Source of the DNA: an uncultured bacterium
GTDB taxonomy: Bacteria; GCA-001730085
DNA length: 32,000 bases
Assembly (NCBI GenBank): GCA_964565945.1
Contig: CAZMGY010000021.1
Span: forward strand, 194,054 to 226,053
Direction: 5' to 3'
Positions 14,328 through 24,088 of the stretch are shown here, in pieces. A program made the position numbers and the translations under genes. The number at the start of each line of letters is the position of its first letter. The first letter of the stretch is position 1. The notes beneath the pieces were generated by a model. The model was given only the letters and a program-made list of their open reading frames with translations. It was not told the DNA's origin and searched no databases.

Positions 14328-16814
14328 ATGAAATTAGTAATTCAGTTTTTTTTAATGACTTTGTTGGCTATAGGGCTGCAGGTTGATCTTGGGGCTCAGG
14401 AAATGGCACAAGGCCCGATGGTGTCTATGGATTTTCATGAAGTTGACGTGGATAGTGTTCTTCATTTTTTGGGAGAGGCTTCGGGTTTAACAATTGTTAA
14501 AGACCCTACATTAACGGGGACGATAAGTATTACCACTTTTGGGAAGACGTCGGTGGGACAAGCAATTAACATTTTGAATAGTGCTTTGAGTGTCAAAGGT
14601 TTTACGTTGGTCAAAACAGGGGAGGTTCTTAAAATAGTTCCCCTAGAAGGCGTTTCTAAAACCAATGTGAACGTATTTAAAGATTATAAGATGCCTGCGA
14701 ATGAACCTAAAGATGACACCGTTGTGACCAAAATGATTTCTTTGCAATATGCCAAAGCTAAAGATGTTGTTACGGCTTTGCAGCCGTTGGTGGGGCGATT
14801 TGGCTCGGCGATTGCTTACGAAAGAACAAATACGGTTATTATTACCGACGCTTCGGCCAATATTGCACGCTTAACCGACTTGCTTGAAGATTTGGATCGT
14901 CAAGTGACCTCTTTGGTGACACGTTCTTACAAGGTTCAGCATGCTGGGCTAAACAAGCTGAAGGACTTACTTAAACAAATTACTGAGCAGTATGAACACG
15001 AATTGGGGCACTTTGCAATCAATTCGGATGAAAGAACGCGAACCCTATTTGTGACCACCCTTCTGGATAATTTTGACATGGTTGAAAAGCTGATTTATCA
15101 GCTTGATCAAGGAATACCTCAGGTGCTTATCGAAATGGAAGTAGTTAGAATTCCTTACCGCAACATTGATGTTGATATACGACACCGTCTTTTTGAGTCA
15201 TCAAAATATGCACATGATAAAAAGGTGATGAACGAGGGTGATCAAATTTTTAATTGGAGATACAGTATTGATGCCGATGCCGATAAAATGTTTTCTTGGT
15301 ATGGGCTATCTGAAGATAAGGGTAAAGAAGAATTTACCTACAAGTTGAATGTGTTGTATGGACCCGAATATTTTGATGTGTATGCCTTACCGATGGTGAC
15401 TGTGGCTGAAGGGAGCCAAACCGAGGTATCTATAGGGCACGAAAATTATTTTTACCGCTTGGCTCCAATGACGCTCGACTTTAAAATTATTCCTCATTTG
15501 AATGAAGATGAAACAGTTACTTTAGAAATGTTCCAACATGTTCGAGGAGATTGGCTCAAAACGCAAGATGCCTATGCACGTTTGGTGGTTGCCAAGGATC
15601 AAACTGTTGTTTTAGGGGGGCTTAATGAGCTGCGTTTACCTCAAGACCGTCAGGTGGCCTCGGCGTATCGCGAAGATACCCACTATGTAAGCAATGAATT
15701 TTTGATTTTTTTAACTCCGCATATCATTTGGGATCCAGCTACGTTTAAAAAGAAAATTGAGAAACAGGCCAAGGAAGCGGCCCTTAAAGCCGAAAAACCC
15801 GATTTAAATCTTTTGTTTCCTGGTGGTTTTATGGAATTTGATTTGCCCAAAGTGTCTGCGATGACCAAACAGAAACATCCTACTCAAGATGATTTTGTAA
15901 GCCCAAATCCTGGGGTGGAGTTAAAGGTTGATGAGGGCTCACATGGGCCACCAACCCAAAGCAAATCCTATAAAATTTGGTGGAAGATGCAAGATTTTGT
16001 ACAATTGCCCGAGGAGCTTGTTGACATTAAAGAGGCAATGTCGGATCGCAACTTTGTTGACAGTGAGGTGAGAAGCCGTTTGCGCAAGGATGTTGTTCAG
16101 TTTATGGAGAATGTTCGTGCCGAAGAAACCTTGGGCATGGAGCCCGATGTGAGCTTGAAAACCAAAGTGACACCTGTTCCCGAAAAAGAGAATTATGTTC
16201 TTAAAGAAACACTCTATCGTCGAGGTATTTCTTTTTACAAAAAACAACAGTATAAAGGGGCGATTCGTGAATTTGCTCCGATTATGAGTATCGATCCAAA
16301 CTATAAGAATGTGCAAAGATATATGCAGTTATCACAACAGCGTTACAAAGAACAGTTATCGGATTTGGGAGAGCGCAATAATATCGAAAAGGCCATTAAA
16401 GACAAGGCCTTGAAAGAATTGACCCAAACATACACGACGATGGATCAAAAAATCAAACAGGTGTCTCAGGCAGAGTCGATGGGAGCTTACACCAAGAGTG
16501 ACAAGTTGTTTAATTATATTGGAGAGCCTAAGGATATTCCTTCCGATCGCATTGAAAAGTCATTGACCGATCACTTAGCGGGAGAAATCTTGGAAGTTAG
16601 TGCTGCTCAACCCCTTGTGGTGATTAATCTTGGTTCGATTCAGAATGTTCATCCAGGGATGGCTTTCAAAGTGTATCGGGATCAGGAGTTTATCGGTAAA
16701 GTTCGTGTGTCCGATGTTGGAGAGCATGTTTCTGGAGCCGAGGTGGTTTCGACCAAAACTCCGAAAACAACTTTTCGTTTTGGAGATAAGGTGGTACAGG
16801 CCCTTGTAGCATAG
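14328..16814 (+). CDS. Secretin (GspD/PilQ family) with N0/N1/N-type domains, a short divergent secretin domain and a C-terminal extension of about 360 aa
   Basis: The ATG at 14328 lies 10 nt after GGAGG. The signal peptide is MKLVIQFFLMTLLAIGLQVDLGAQE. N0 reads VSMDFHEVDVDSVLHFLGEASGLTIVKDPTLTGTISI...KGFTLVKTGEVLKIVP. N1 reads TKMISLQYAKAKDVVTALQPL...ERTNTVIITDASANIARLTDLLEDLD. The secretin core reads PQVLIEMEVVRI...LDFKIIPHLNEDETVTLEM...QTVVLGGL...EFLIFLTPHII. After about 15735 comes a non-secretin tail with a TPR-like unit (YRRGISFYKKQQYKGAIREFAPIMSIDPNY) and a terminal beta-barrel-like unit. Confidence 0.85.
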   Translation: MKLVIQFFLMTLLAIGLQVDLGAQEMAQGPMVSMDFHEVDVDSVLHFLGEASGLTIVKDPTLTGTISITTFGKTSVGQAINILNSALSVKGFTLVKTGEVLKIVPLEGVSKTNVNVFKDYKMPANEPKDDTVVTKMISLQYAKAKDVVTALQPLVGRFGSAIAYERTNTVIITDASANIARLTDLLEDLDRQVTSLVTRSYKVQHAGLNKLKDLLKQITEQYEHELGHFAINSDERTRTLFVTTLLDNFDMVEKLIYQLDQGIPQVLIEMEVVRIPYRNIDVDIRHRLFESSKYAHDKKVMNEGDQIFNWRYSIDADADKMFSWYGLSEDKGKEEFTYKLNVLYGPEYFDVYALPMVTVAEGSQTEVSIGHENYFYRLAPMTLDFKIIPHLNEDETVTLEMFQHVRGDWLKTQDAYARLVVAKDQTVVLGGLNELRLPQDRQVASAYREDTHYVSNEFLIFLTPHIIWDPATFKKKIEKQAKEAALKAEKPDLNLLFPGGFMEFDLPKVSAMTKQKHPTQDDFVSPNPGVELKVDEGSHGPPTQSKSYKIWWKMQDFVQLPEELVDIKEAMSDRNFVDSEVRSRLRKDVVQFMENVRAEETLGMEPDVSLKTKVTPVPEKENYVLKETLYRRGISFYKKQQYKGAIREFAPIMSIDPNYKNVQRYMQLSQQRYKEQLSDLGERNNIEKAIKDKALKELTQTYTTMDQKIKQVSQAESMGAYTKSDKLFNYIGEPKDIPSDRIEKSLTDHLAGEILEVSAAQPLVVINLGSIQNVHPGMAFKVYRDQEFIGKVRVSDVGEHVSGAEVVSTKTPKTTFRFGDKVVQALVA

Positions 16815-16822
16815 AGTAAGTA

Positions 16823-16851
16823 TTGATGTCTTTACTAGAATTATTTAATAT
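16823..16851 (+). promoter_or_regulatory. Candidate sigma70-type promoter for ftsH
   Basis: TTGATG (16823-16828), a 17-nt spacer, then TAATAT (16846-16851). It sits in the 83-nt gap between the secretin stop and the ftsH ATG. Confidence 0.4.
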
Positions 16852-16897
16852 GGTATGCTTAATTAATTTGTTTTTTTGTAAGTTAAAGGATAAAAAC

Positions 16898-18790
16898 ATG
16901 AATACACAGAGACCCCAGAATCCTAAAAACACTCAAGGTCAACCGTCTCAGAATCCTAAAAATGGTAAAAACCTTTGGATATGGCTTATGATTGCTTGTG
17001 GTATTTTCTATTTTATGTACATGGGCCAGATGGTCTCGGAGCAAACCCCCGATTTGAGTTATTCCGACTTTTACCGTGCGGTGCAAGCAGGGCAAGTGAA
17101 GTCGGCGATTAAAACGGGCAATATCATCAAAGGTAGCTTGGCGGATGGTTTGTCGTTCAACGTCTATGTGGAAGAAAATGATTCGCAGTTATTGCCAACC
17201 TTAAGAGAAAATATTCTAGACTTTAAAATCGCGCCGCCCAAAACCTTTTTGATCAATCTGGCCTATTCGATGGGACCGATGATTTTATTCATTGCCTTTT
17301 TATGGTTCTTTGTTTACCGCAATATGGCGGCTTCTGGCGGGAAAATCTTTTCTTTTGGCAAAAGTAAGGCGAAGATGAGCAAACCTGGACAAACCACCTT
17401 TGCCGATGTGGCGGGTGTTGACGAAGCCAAAGAAGAACTTAAAGAGATTATCGACTTTTTGAAGGAGCCTAAAAAATTTCAGCGCTTAGGTGGAAAAATT
17501 CCTAAAGGTGTGTTGCTTGTTGGTGCCCCTGGAACAGGAAAAACTTTGTTGGCCAAAGCGGTTGCGGGCGAGGCGGGTGTGCCATTTTTTAGTATGAGTG
17601 GTTCGGACTTTGTGGAGATGTTTGTTGGCGTGGGGGCTTCTCGAGTGAGAGATTTGTTTGAGCAAGCCAAAAAGAGTGCAGAAATCAGTGGCAAAGGAGC
17701 AATTGTGTTCATTGACGAGATTGATGCGGTCGGTCGCCAGCGTTTTTCTGGCATTGGCGGTGGGAATGATGAGCGTGAACAAACCTTGAATGCTTTGTTG
17801 GTTGAAATGGATGGCTTTGGTGGGACTGGAGGGGTGATTTTGATTGCCGCTACGAATCGCCCCGATGTTTTGGATCCAGCCTTGTTGCGTCCTGGCCGTT
17901 TTGATCGCCAAGTGGTTGTAGACCGCCCCGATATTAAAGGGCGAGAAGACATATTGAAAGTGCATTCCCAAAAAGTGAAGTTGGATCCCCTTGTCGATCT
18001 TTCGATTATTGCAAGGCAAACTCCGGGATTTTCGGGAGCTGACTTGGCGAATCTTGTTAATGAAGCGGCGTTGTTGTCGGCACGTAAAAACCTCAAAGCC
18101 GTTGGCATGAAGCAGCTCGAAGAGGCCTTTGAACGCGTGGTGGGGGGGTTGGAACGTAAAAACCGAGTAATTAGTGATGAAGAGAAAAAAGTGATTGCCT
18201 ATCATGAATCGGGTCACGCGATTTTAGCGGCATTGATTCCAGAAGTCGACCCTTTGCATAAAGTTTCGATTGTGTCTCGGGGAACTGCTGCTTTGGGCTA
18301 CACAATGCAGCTTCCTTTAACCGATAAGTATCTGAAGAGTAAGAAAGAATTCTTGGGTGAAATCACTGTTCTTATGGGGGGACGTTTGGCTGAACAGACC
18401 TTTTTGGGCGATATCACCACGGGAGCATCTAATGATTTTGAACGAGCGACATCAATGGCGCGTCATATGGTGTCTCGTTATGGTATGAGTGATGAAATGG
18501 GGCAGATGATTTATGGTCAAAGTGATGGTGGAGAAGCCTATTTTGGGCATGGGTTGGGCATGTCGCGTGATTATAGCGAGCAAACCTCGTTGGCTCTCGA
18601 TCAAGAAGTTCGTGCTATTTTGGATGCTTGTTATCAGCGTGGGTATCAAATGATTCTTGAGTATAAAAGTGAGCTTGAGGCGTTGGCGCAGTTGTTGCTC
18701 GATAAAGAAATTGTTGATGCCAAAGATGTGAAAGAGATTTTATCTAAAAAACAACAGGCCGACATTGAGTTGCCTGCCGACGCATCTTAA
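16898..18790 (+). CDS. ftsH: ATP-dependent zinc metalloprotease FtsH
   Basis: Walker A is [28 protein letters not shown]. Walker B is [14 protein letters not shown]. The SRH is [22 protein letters not shown]. The zinc site is HESGHAILA. The ATG at 16898 follows AAGGA. The ORF-track start at 16823 is probably too far upstream. Confidence 0.95.
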   Translation: MNTQRPQNPKNTQGQPSQNPKNGKNLWIWLMIACGIFYFMYMGQMVSEQTPDLSYSDFYRAVQAGQVKSAIKTGNIIKGSLADGLSFNVYVEENDSQLLPTLRENILDFKIAPPKTFLINLAYSMGPMILFIAFLWFFVYRNMAASGGKIFSFGKSKAKMSKPGQTTFADVAGVDEAKEELKEIIDFLKEPKKFQRLGGKIPKGVLLVGAPGTGKTLLAKAVAGEAGVPFFSMSGSDFVEMFVGVGASRVRDLFEQAKKSAEISGKGAIVFIDEIDAVGRQRFSGIGGGNDEREQTLNALLVEMDGFGGTGGVILIAATNRPDVLDPALLRPGRFDRQVVVDRPDIKGREDILKVHSQKVKLDPLVDLSIIARQTPGFSGADLANLVNEAALLSARKNLKAVGMKQLEEAFERVVGGLERKNRVISDEEKKVIAYHESGHAILAALIPEVDPLHKVSIVSRGTAALGYTMQLPLTDKYLKSKKEFLGEITVLMGGRLAEQTFLGDITTGASNDFERATSMARHMVSRYGMSDEMGQMIYGQSDGGEAYFGHGLGMSRDYSEQTSLALDQEVRAILDACYQRGYQMILEYKSELEALAQLLLDKEIVDAKDVKEILSKKQQADIELPADAS

Positions 18791-18793
18791 TTG

Positions 18794-19591
18794 ATGGGGC
18801 CAACCCGGATTGTCGGTGTTCTTAATGTAACATCAGATTCTTTTTTTGATGGTGGCGTTTATGCCCAGGTCGAAGATGCTCTAAAGCGTGCTCATACTAT
18901 GCAAGAGCAAGGTGTGGCCTGGATTGATATTGGGGCCGAATCCACTCGTCCAGGTAGTGAGCCTGTTTCCGAAGAGGAAGAACTCAAGCGGTTGCACGTT
19001 ATTTTGCCAAGGCTTGTGAAGGAGGTATCAATTCCGGTATCGATTGATACCTCGAAGTCTCGTGTGGCTGCGTGGGCTTTGGAGCAGGGCGTGCAGATGC
19101 TTAACGATGTTTCGGCCTTGCGCAATGATGCCGAGATGGTGAAGGTGGTGGCCGACGCGAAGGCTCCTGTTGTGATGATGCATGCCTTAGGACCACCCAA
19201 AACGATGCAAAATCAACCATTTTATCAGGATGTTGTTGCGGATATTTGTGCTTTTTTCGAAGAGAGATTAGAATACTGTTGTGCGCATGGGGTGGCTCAA
19301 AACCAAGTGATTCTTGATCCTGGCATAGGGTTTGGCAAAACCCTTGGGCATAATCGAATGATTTTGCAAGCGATGCCACGGTGGAAAAGTTTGGGGCAAG
19401 AGCTGTTTTTTGGTGTATCGCGCAAAGGCTTGTTAGGCGATTTATTGGGGTGTGAACCTTCAGAGCGCCTGGCAGGGACCTTGGCGTTGCATACCTGGCT
19501 TATTGAGCATGAGGTGGATTATTTGCGTGTGCATGATGTGCAGGAAACTGTGGATGTGATGCGCGTTTGGGCATCGTTAAAAGAAGCTTAG
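18794..19591 (+). CDS. folP: Dihydropteroate synthase
   Basis: Motifs are IVGVLNVTSDSFFDGG, IDIGAESTRPG, ISIDTSK, LNDVSAL and LDPGIGFGKT. Confidence 0.92.
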   Translation: MGPTRIVGVLNVTSDSFFDGGVYAQVEDALKRAHTMQEQGVAWIDIGAESTRPGSEPVSEEEELKRLHVILPRLVKEVSIPVSIDTSKSRVAAWALEQGVQMLNDVSALRNDAEMVKVVADAKAPVVMMHALGPPKTMQNQPFYQDVVADICAFFEERLEYCCAHGVAQNQVILDPGIGFGKTLGHNRMILQAMPRWKSLGQELFFGVSRKGLLGDLLGCEPSERLAGTLALHTWLIEHEVDYLRVHDVQETVDVMRVWASLKEA

Positions 19592-19603
19592 GAGAGATTA
19601 AGC

Positions 19604-20398
19604 ATGGAATTATTGGCCGCCATGTTTCAGAAAGAAAATTTTATTTGGTTTTTTCTGTATGCTTGGCGTCCTTTTGTCGAGATTTTTATCATTGCGATGG
19701 CCATTTATAGTATCACCACGTTTATTCGAGGAACGCGCACGGAACAATTGCTCAAAGGCTTAGGGCTCATTTTTGTGATTTTTGTGATTTCGCAAAAATT
19801 AGAGTTTCTCACGATCAGTTGGTTGCTCACCAAAGTGTTTGCGATATCCGTGATAGCATTTTTGATTTTGTTTCAGCCCGAACTGCGGCGGGCTTTGGCT
19901 AAAATTGGGCAAAACCGTATCTTTGGTAACTTTTTAAGAGAGAAAGGTTTTATTTACGAAATTGTCAAAGCTTCCTTGTTTTTGTCGAAAAAACGGATTG
20001 GTGCCTTGATTGTGGTGGAGCGCAATACGGGACTGGGAAGCTATATTGAAAGTGGTATTTTTTTAGATGCGCGCTTGAGCAGTGAGTTGATCACGAGTTT
20101 ATTTATGCCAACAACGCCTTTGCATGATGGTGCTGTGATTGTGCAAGGGGAACGTATTGCGGCGGTCGGATGTTTGTTGCCGCTCACAGAAAATCCTGTT
20201 CAACAACGTTTAGGAACGCGCCACCGGTCTGCGATTGGTTTGACCGAAGAAACCGATGCGGTTGTGGTTGTGGTTTCTGAAGAGACTGGTATTATTTCGG
20301 TGGTGAGTGAAGGTCATATCACCCGGGACTTAGGCGAAAAACGCTTGTCGGATGTGTTAGAACGATTGATTCTATCAGATGAAGGGTTAGAGGTATGA
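19604..20398 (+). CDS. cdaA: Membrane-anchored diadenylate cyclase (c-di-AMP synthase, DisA_N/DAC domain)
   Basis: Three N-terminal TM helices are followed by a DAC domain with the DGA motif (PLHDGAVIV) and the RHR motif (GTRHRSAIGLTEETDAVVVVVSEETG). Confidence 0.9.
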   Translation: MELLAAMFQKENFIWFFLYAWRPFVEIFIIAMAIYSITTFIRGTRTEQLLKGLGLIFVIFVISQKLEFLTISWLLTKVFAISVIAFLILFQPELRRALAKIGQNRIFGNFLREKGFIYEIVKASLFLSKKRIGALIVVERNTGLGSYIESGIFLDARLSSELITSLFMPTTPLHDGAVIVQGERIAAVGCLLPLTENPVQQRLGTRHRSAIGLTEETDAVVVVVSEETGIISVVSEGHITRDLGEKRLSDVLERLILSDEGLEV

Positions 20399-20871
20399 CA
20401 GGTTTTATGCACAGAGACATCAAATACAAAATCATTTCATTGGTATTGGCTGTGATTATTTGGTTGTATGTGCGTGGAGAGTTGGGTAAACCGGGTTTTT
20501 TTTATCATCAAGTACGTGGCCAGAGCAAACGGACGTTTGAGAACATTCCTATCCGTATTTTGGAAGTGTCTAGCAACGAGATGCGTTCGGTTGTGGTTAA
20601 GCCCGAAAGGATTACGCTCGATGTGTCGGTACCCAGGGCGCTAATAAATACGTTTCAAATTAAAGATATTATGGTTTTTGTTAAAGTAGCAGGTTTGCGC
20701 GATGGGAGCTATGAAACCTTGGTTCAGGTGGATGTGCCCGAGGGCGTTCTTGTTTTGTCGGAGATTAAACCTGTTCAGCTCACCATCAAAACACCTCCTT
20801 CGCGAGCGGGTTTGGCGGGACTTATTTTTTCTCAGGAACTGATTCCTGTTCAAGAGAAGGTGGCGTTATGA
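20395..20871 (+). CDS. cdaR: YbbR-domain protein (short CdaR-like partner of CdaA)
   Basis: An N-terminal TM helix ([14 protein letters not shown]) is followed by a YbbR-like repeat ([11 protein letters not shown]...[14 protein letters not shown]). The start overlaps the cdaA stop by 4 nt. Confidence 0.65.
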   Translation: MTGFMHRDIKYKIISLVLAVIIWLYVRGELGKPGFFYHQVRGQSKRTFENIPIRILEVSSNEMRSVVVKPERITLDVSVPRALINTFQIKDIMVFVKVAGLRDGSYETLVQVDVPEGVLVLSEIKPVQLTIKTPPSRAGLAGLIFSQELIPVQEKVAL

Positions 20872-21587
20872 ATCGTTTAGGTGTCAATATTGATCATGTG
20901 GCCACCTTACGCCAAGCGCGGATGATTGATTATCCTGATCCAGTTGAGGCGGCTTTGCTCAGTGAAAAAGAGGGCTGTCATGGCATCACAGCACATCTGC
21001 GTGAAGATCGGCGTCATGTTCAAGATGAGGATATTCGTCGCTTGCGTAAGATGGTAAAAACACGTTTGAATTTAGAGCTTGCTTTTGCTAAGGACGTGAT
21101 GCAATTGGCCTTAGAGATTAAACCTGACCAGGTGACTTTTGTGCCTGAAAAACGTGAGGAAATTACGACGGAGGGAGGTCTGGATGTTCGTGACACAGCT
21201 TTACTTGCCCGACTGTTGCAGCCCTTTGTGGATCAGGGGATCAAAGTAAGCTTGTTCATTGATCCCGACCAAGAACAGTTGGATGCATCGCTTGCCCTCC
21301 ATGTGCCTTGTGTGGAACTTCATACGGGAGCTTATGCCGAAGCCGCAAATGAAGAGAAGCGTCAACAAGAATTAGAATGTCTCCAAAAAGCGACCGCTTA
21401 TGGACTTAGTTTGGGGCTTCAGATGAATGCGGGGCATGGACTTCACTACGACAATGTGGGTGCTATTGTGGCGATTCCAGGGATTGACGAGCTCAATATT
21501 GGTCATTCGATTGTGTCCCGTGCAGTTTTTGTTGGGATTCAGCAAGCGGTTCACGAAATGTTGGTGGCGATGGGAGTCCTAAGATGA
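20868..21587 (+). CDS. pdxJ: Pyridoxine 5'-phosphate synthase
   Basis: Motifs are [41 protein letters not shown] and NAGHGL. Confidence 0.93.
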   Translation: MNRLGVNIDHVATLRQARMIDYPDPVEAALLSEKEGCHGITAHLREDRRHVQDEDIRRLRKMVKTRLNLELAFAKDVMQLALEIKPDQVTFVPEKREEITTEGGLDVRDTALLARLLQPFVDQGIKVSLFIDPDQEQLDASLALHVPCVELHTGAYAEAANEEKRQQELECLQKATAYGLSLGLQMNAGHGLHYDNVGAIVAIPGIDELNIGHSIVSRAVFVGIQQAVHEMLVAMGVLR

Positions 21588-21964
21588 TTGCAGGGATTGG
21601 TACCGATGTGATTGAGATTGATCGGGTTCGCAACAGTCTAAGACGTTTTGAAGAACGTTTTTTGAATCGAGTGTTTACTCCTCAAGAACAAGCCTATTGC
21701 CAAGTTAAGGCTGATCCCGCGATTCACTTGGCGGGACGCTTTGCGGCTAAAGAAGCTTTTTTAAAAGCCTTAGGCAGTGGCTTACGTGGTGAATTGTCTT
21801 GGTTGGATATGGGAATTTGCCACAATGATCAAGGTGCACCGTTTTTTCAATTGAGTGAGCGCTTGCAACACCGTTTGCGGAAAGCTTCGATTACCCGGCA
21901 CCATGTGACACTTTCTCATAGTCATACCATCGCAAGCAGTACGGTGATTCTCGAACATGAATGA
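21584..21964 (+). CDS. acpS: Holo-[acyl-carrier-protein] synthase
   Basis: Motifs are [12 protein letters not shown] and [16 protein letters not shown], with LSHS near the C-terminus. The length is 126 aa. The conserved pdxJ-acpS adjacency is present. Confidence 0.9.
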   Translation: MIAGIGTDVIEIDRVRNSLRRFEERFLNRVFTPQEQAYCQVKADPAIHLAGRFAAKEAFLKALGSGLRGELSWLDMGICHNDQGAPFFQLSERLQHRLRKASITRHHVTLSHSHTIASSTVILEHE

Positions 21965-22820
21965 GATGATTCGGCGTAGCTTGACGCAACTTTTGGATCG
22001 AGACCAGGATACTCACAAGGGATCCTGCGGACATATTTTGATTGTAGCTGGTTCTCCAGGAATGACTGGTGCTGCCTTTTTTGCTGGCATGGGCGCTTTG
22101 CGCTGTGGTGCAGGTTTGGTATGTGTGGCCGTGCCACAGTCTTTGAACCCTGTTATGGAAGTCAAGTTGAGTGAAGCGCTAACCTTACCTTTACCTGAAA
22201 CGCATGGTGGAATGGTGAGCTTAGAAGCTCTCGATGATATTGTGTTCTATTTGGAGCGTTGTGATTCCTTGGCTTTAGGGCCAGGCTTATCTTTGCACCC
22301 CGAAACAAAAGACGCTGTTCATCATCTTGTCGAAGATGCGAAGGTTCCGGTTGTTTTAGATGCCGATGGGTTGAATGCCTATCAAGGGAATGTGCTTAGG
22401 CTTAAGTCTCATCTTTCTGAGTTAGTGATTACACCTCATCCAGGCGAAATAGCGCGTTTATTGAATATTCCCATTGCCGATGTTCAAGAGGCTAGGCATG
22501 AGGTGGCACGTGAATTTGCCGAAACCTATTGTTGTGTGGTGGTGCTTAAGGGGCACGAAACCTTGGTCTATGATCCGGAAGGTGCGTATTATGTGAATGA
22601 GACTGGTAATCCTGGTATGGCAACGGGAGGGATGGGGGATATTTTAACTGGTATGATTGCGTCTTTGCTAGGCCAAGGTTTAGAGAGTTATGAGGCGGCA
22701 ACCTTGGCGGTTTATTTGCACGGGCGTGCGGGTGATTTGGCAGCGCAACAAAGGGGTGCTTTAAGTCTTTTGCCCAGTGATGTTTTGAATCATTTCACCC
22801 AAGAGCTTTGGTCTGTTTAG
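21957..22820 (+). CDS. nnrD: ADP-dependent NAD(P)H-hydrate dehydratase (YjeF C-terminal type)
   Basis: Motifs are HKGSCGHILIVAGSPGMTGAAFFAGMGALRCGAGLV, VLDADGLN, ITPHPGEIARL and GNPGMATGGMGDILTGMIASLL. Confidence 0.85.
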   Translation: MNEMIRRSLTQLLDRDQDTHKGSCGHILIVAGSPGMTGAAFFAGMGALRCGAGLVCVAVPQSLNPVMEVKLSEALTLPLPETHGGMVSLEALDDIVFYLERCDSLALGPGLSLHPETKDAVHHLVEDAKVPVVLDADGLNAYQGNVLRLKSHLSELVITPHPGEIARLLNIPIADVQEARHEVAREFAETYCCVVVLKGHETLVYDPEGAYYVNETGNPGMATGGMGDILTGMIASLLGQGLESYEAATLAVYLHGRAGDLAAQQRGALSLLPSDVLNHFTQELWSV

Positions 22821-22825
22821 GCTTT

Positions 22826-24088
22826 TTAATAAGATAATATCGCTTTACAAAGACTGTGAATGGGATCCTCTGTGTGCACTAATGTGATAAAGTTGGCTTC
22901 ATAGCCTGAGGGTGATAAATAAACACGGTGCTTGAGTGCATGGTGATAAAAATCGGCAAAGGTGTCATGATTACATGCTTGCACATCCTCAAAAGTACGA
23001 AGGAGGGGTTGCTCTGTGAAGAAAAGAGTGAACATGGAGCCAATGCTTTGCAATGTGATGGCGAGGGAATTTTGATTGATGGCTTCATGCATCGCTTGAA
23101 TCGCTTGGTTAGCATGTGAATTGAGCTTGGTATAAAAATTTGGTTGTTGCAATTGCTCGAGAGTGGCTAGTCCAGCGGTCATAGCAATCGGATTGCCCGA
23201 CAATGTGCCTGCTTGATACACATTGCCGCAGGGGGCTAGGTGTTGCATAATGTCTTTGCGGCCCCCAAAAGCGCCCACGGGAAAACCCCCACCAATAATT
23301 TTACCCAAACAGGTCATGTCGGGTATGATACCAAAGTATTCTTGAGCGCCTCCTAAAGTCAAGCGAAAGCCGCTGATGACTTCATCGAAAATAAGGACGC
23401 TTCCGTATTTGTCTGTGACTTCGCGCAAGATTTGCAAAAAACCATCTTGGGGCAAAATGACGCCCATATTGGCGGCTACTGGTTCGACAATGACGGCGGC
23501 GACTTGGTTTCCTTTGTCTTGAAACAGTTTTTGGACGGCTTCGCTATTGTTGTAAGGAAGACAAATCACATCTTGAACCACAGCTTGCGGGACGCCTGCA
23601 CTGGAGGCGGTGCTGATTTCGGAGAGGCCTGAACCTGCTGAGACCAAAAGATAGTCGGCATGGCCATGGTAGCAACCTTCAAATTTAACGATTAGGTCAC
23701 GCCCTGTATAGCCTCGTGCTAAGCGTAGGGCACTCATAGTGGCTTCGGTTCCGGAGCTGACACACCTGACTTGTTCAAGTGAAGGAACACAGTCAACGAG
23801 TTGTTCAGCTAAGCGAATTTCTTTTTCGGTGGCACAGCCAAAACTGGTTCCTTGATCTAAGGCAGTGTGAACGGCTTGGAGAATGTTGGGCTGTGTGTGA
23901 CCCATGATCATAGCACCCCACGATTGACAAAAGTCGACATAGGCTTGGTTGGCGATGTCGTAGATGTGGATGCCTTCGGCACGTTCCATAAAAATAGGTT
24001 GTCCACCCAAATTTTTGAAAGCGCGAACAGGGCTATTAACTCCGCCAGGGATAACGTTAAGGGCTTGATCCAGTAAAGATGAGGTCAT
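22826..24088 (-). CDS. hemL: Glutamate-1-semialdehyde 2,1-aminomutase
   Basis: Motifs are GGVNSPVRAF, FDEVISGFR and CLGKIIGGGFPVGAFGG (PLP lysine). The start is taken as the ATG at 24088, which forms an ATGA overlap with the hemB stop. The ORF track extends to an upstream TTG at 24112. Confidence 0.93.
   Translation of the reverse strand: MTSSLLDQALNVIPGGVNSPVRAFKNLGGQPIFMERAEGIHIYDIANQAYVDFCQSWGAMIMGHTQPNILQAVHTALDQGTSFGCATEKEIRLAEQLVDCVPSLEQVRCVSSGTEATMSALRLARGYTGRDLIVKFEGCYHGHADYLLVSAGSGLSEISTASSAGVPQAVVQDVICLPYNNSEAVQKLFQDKGNQVAAVIVEPVAANMGVILPQDGFLQILREVTDKYGSVLIFDEVISGFRLTLGGAQEYFGIIPDMTCLGKIIGGGFPVGAFGGRKDIMQHLAPCGNVYQAGTLSGNPIAMTAGLATLEQLQQPNFYTKLNSHANQAIQAMHEAINQNSLAITLQSIGSMFTLFFTEQPLLRTFEDVQACNHDTFADFYHHALKHRVYLSPSGYEANFITLVHTEDPIHSLCKAILSY

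Noticed and set aside
16898-16975. Repeated QNPKN units in the FtsH N-terminus ([19 protein letters not shown]) as a functional repeat
   Set aside because: It is only two short copies in a poorly conserved cytoplasmic N-terminal tail, and there is no evidence of function.
18142-18148. G7 run in ftsH as a phase-variation tract
   Set aside because: It encodes Gly-Gly in an essential, highly conserved gene. It reflects GGG codon usage rather than a contingency locus, and it also tempers the interpretation of the C9 and G8 tracts elsewhere.
17479-18217. Long antisense ORFs (209 and 243 aa) opposite ftsH
   Set aside because: The FtsH frame carries Walker A/B, SRH and HExxH motifs. The antisense products are low-complexity with no motifs, which is a common artefact opposite conserved GC-richer genes.
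22818-22828. Convergent nnrD and hemL stops only 5 nt apart (and overlapping TTAA stops at 2230-2233) as a special regulatory structure
   Set aside because: No hairpin or T-run can be drawn in the available bases. This most likely just reflects genome compaction, and it is noted under the gene-decay/compaction finding.
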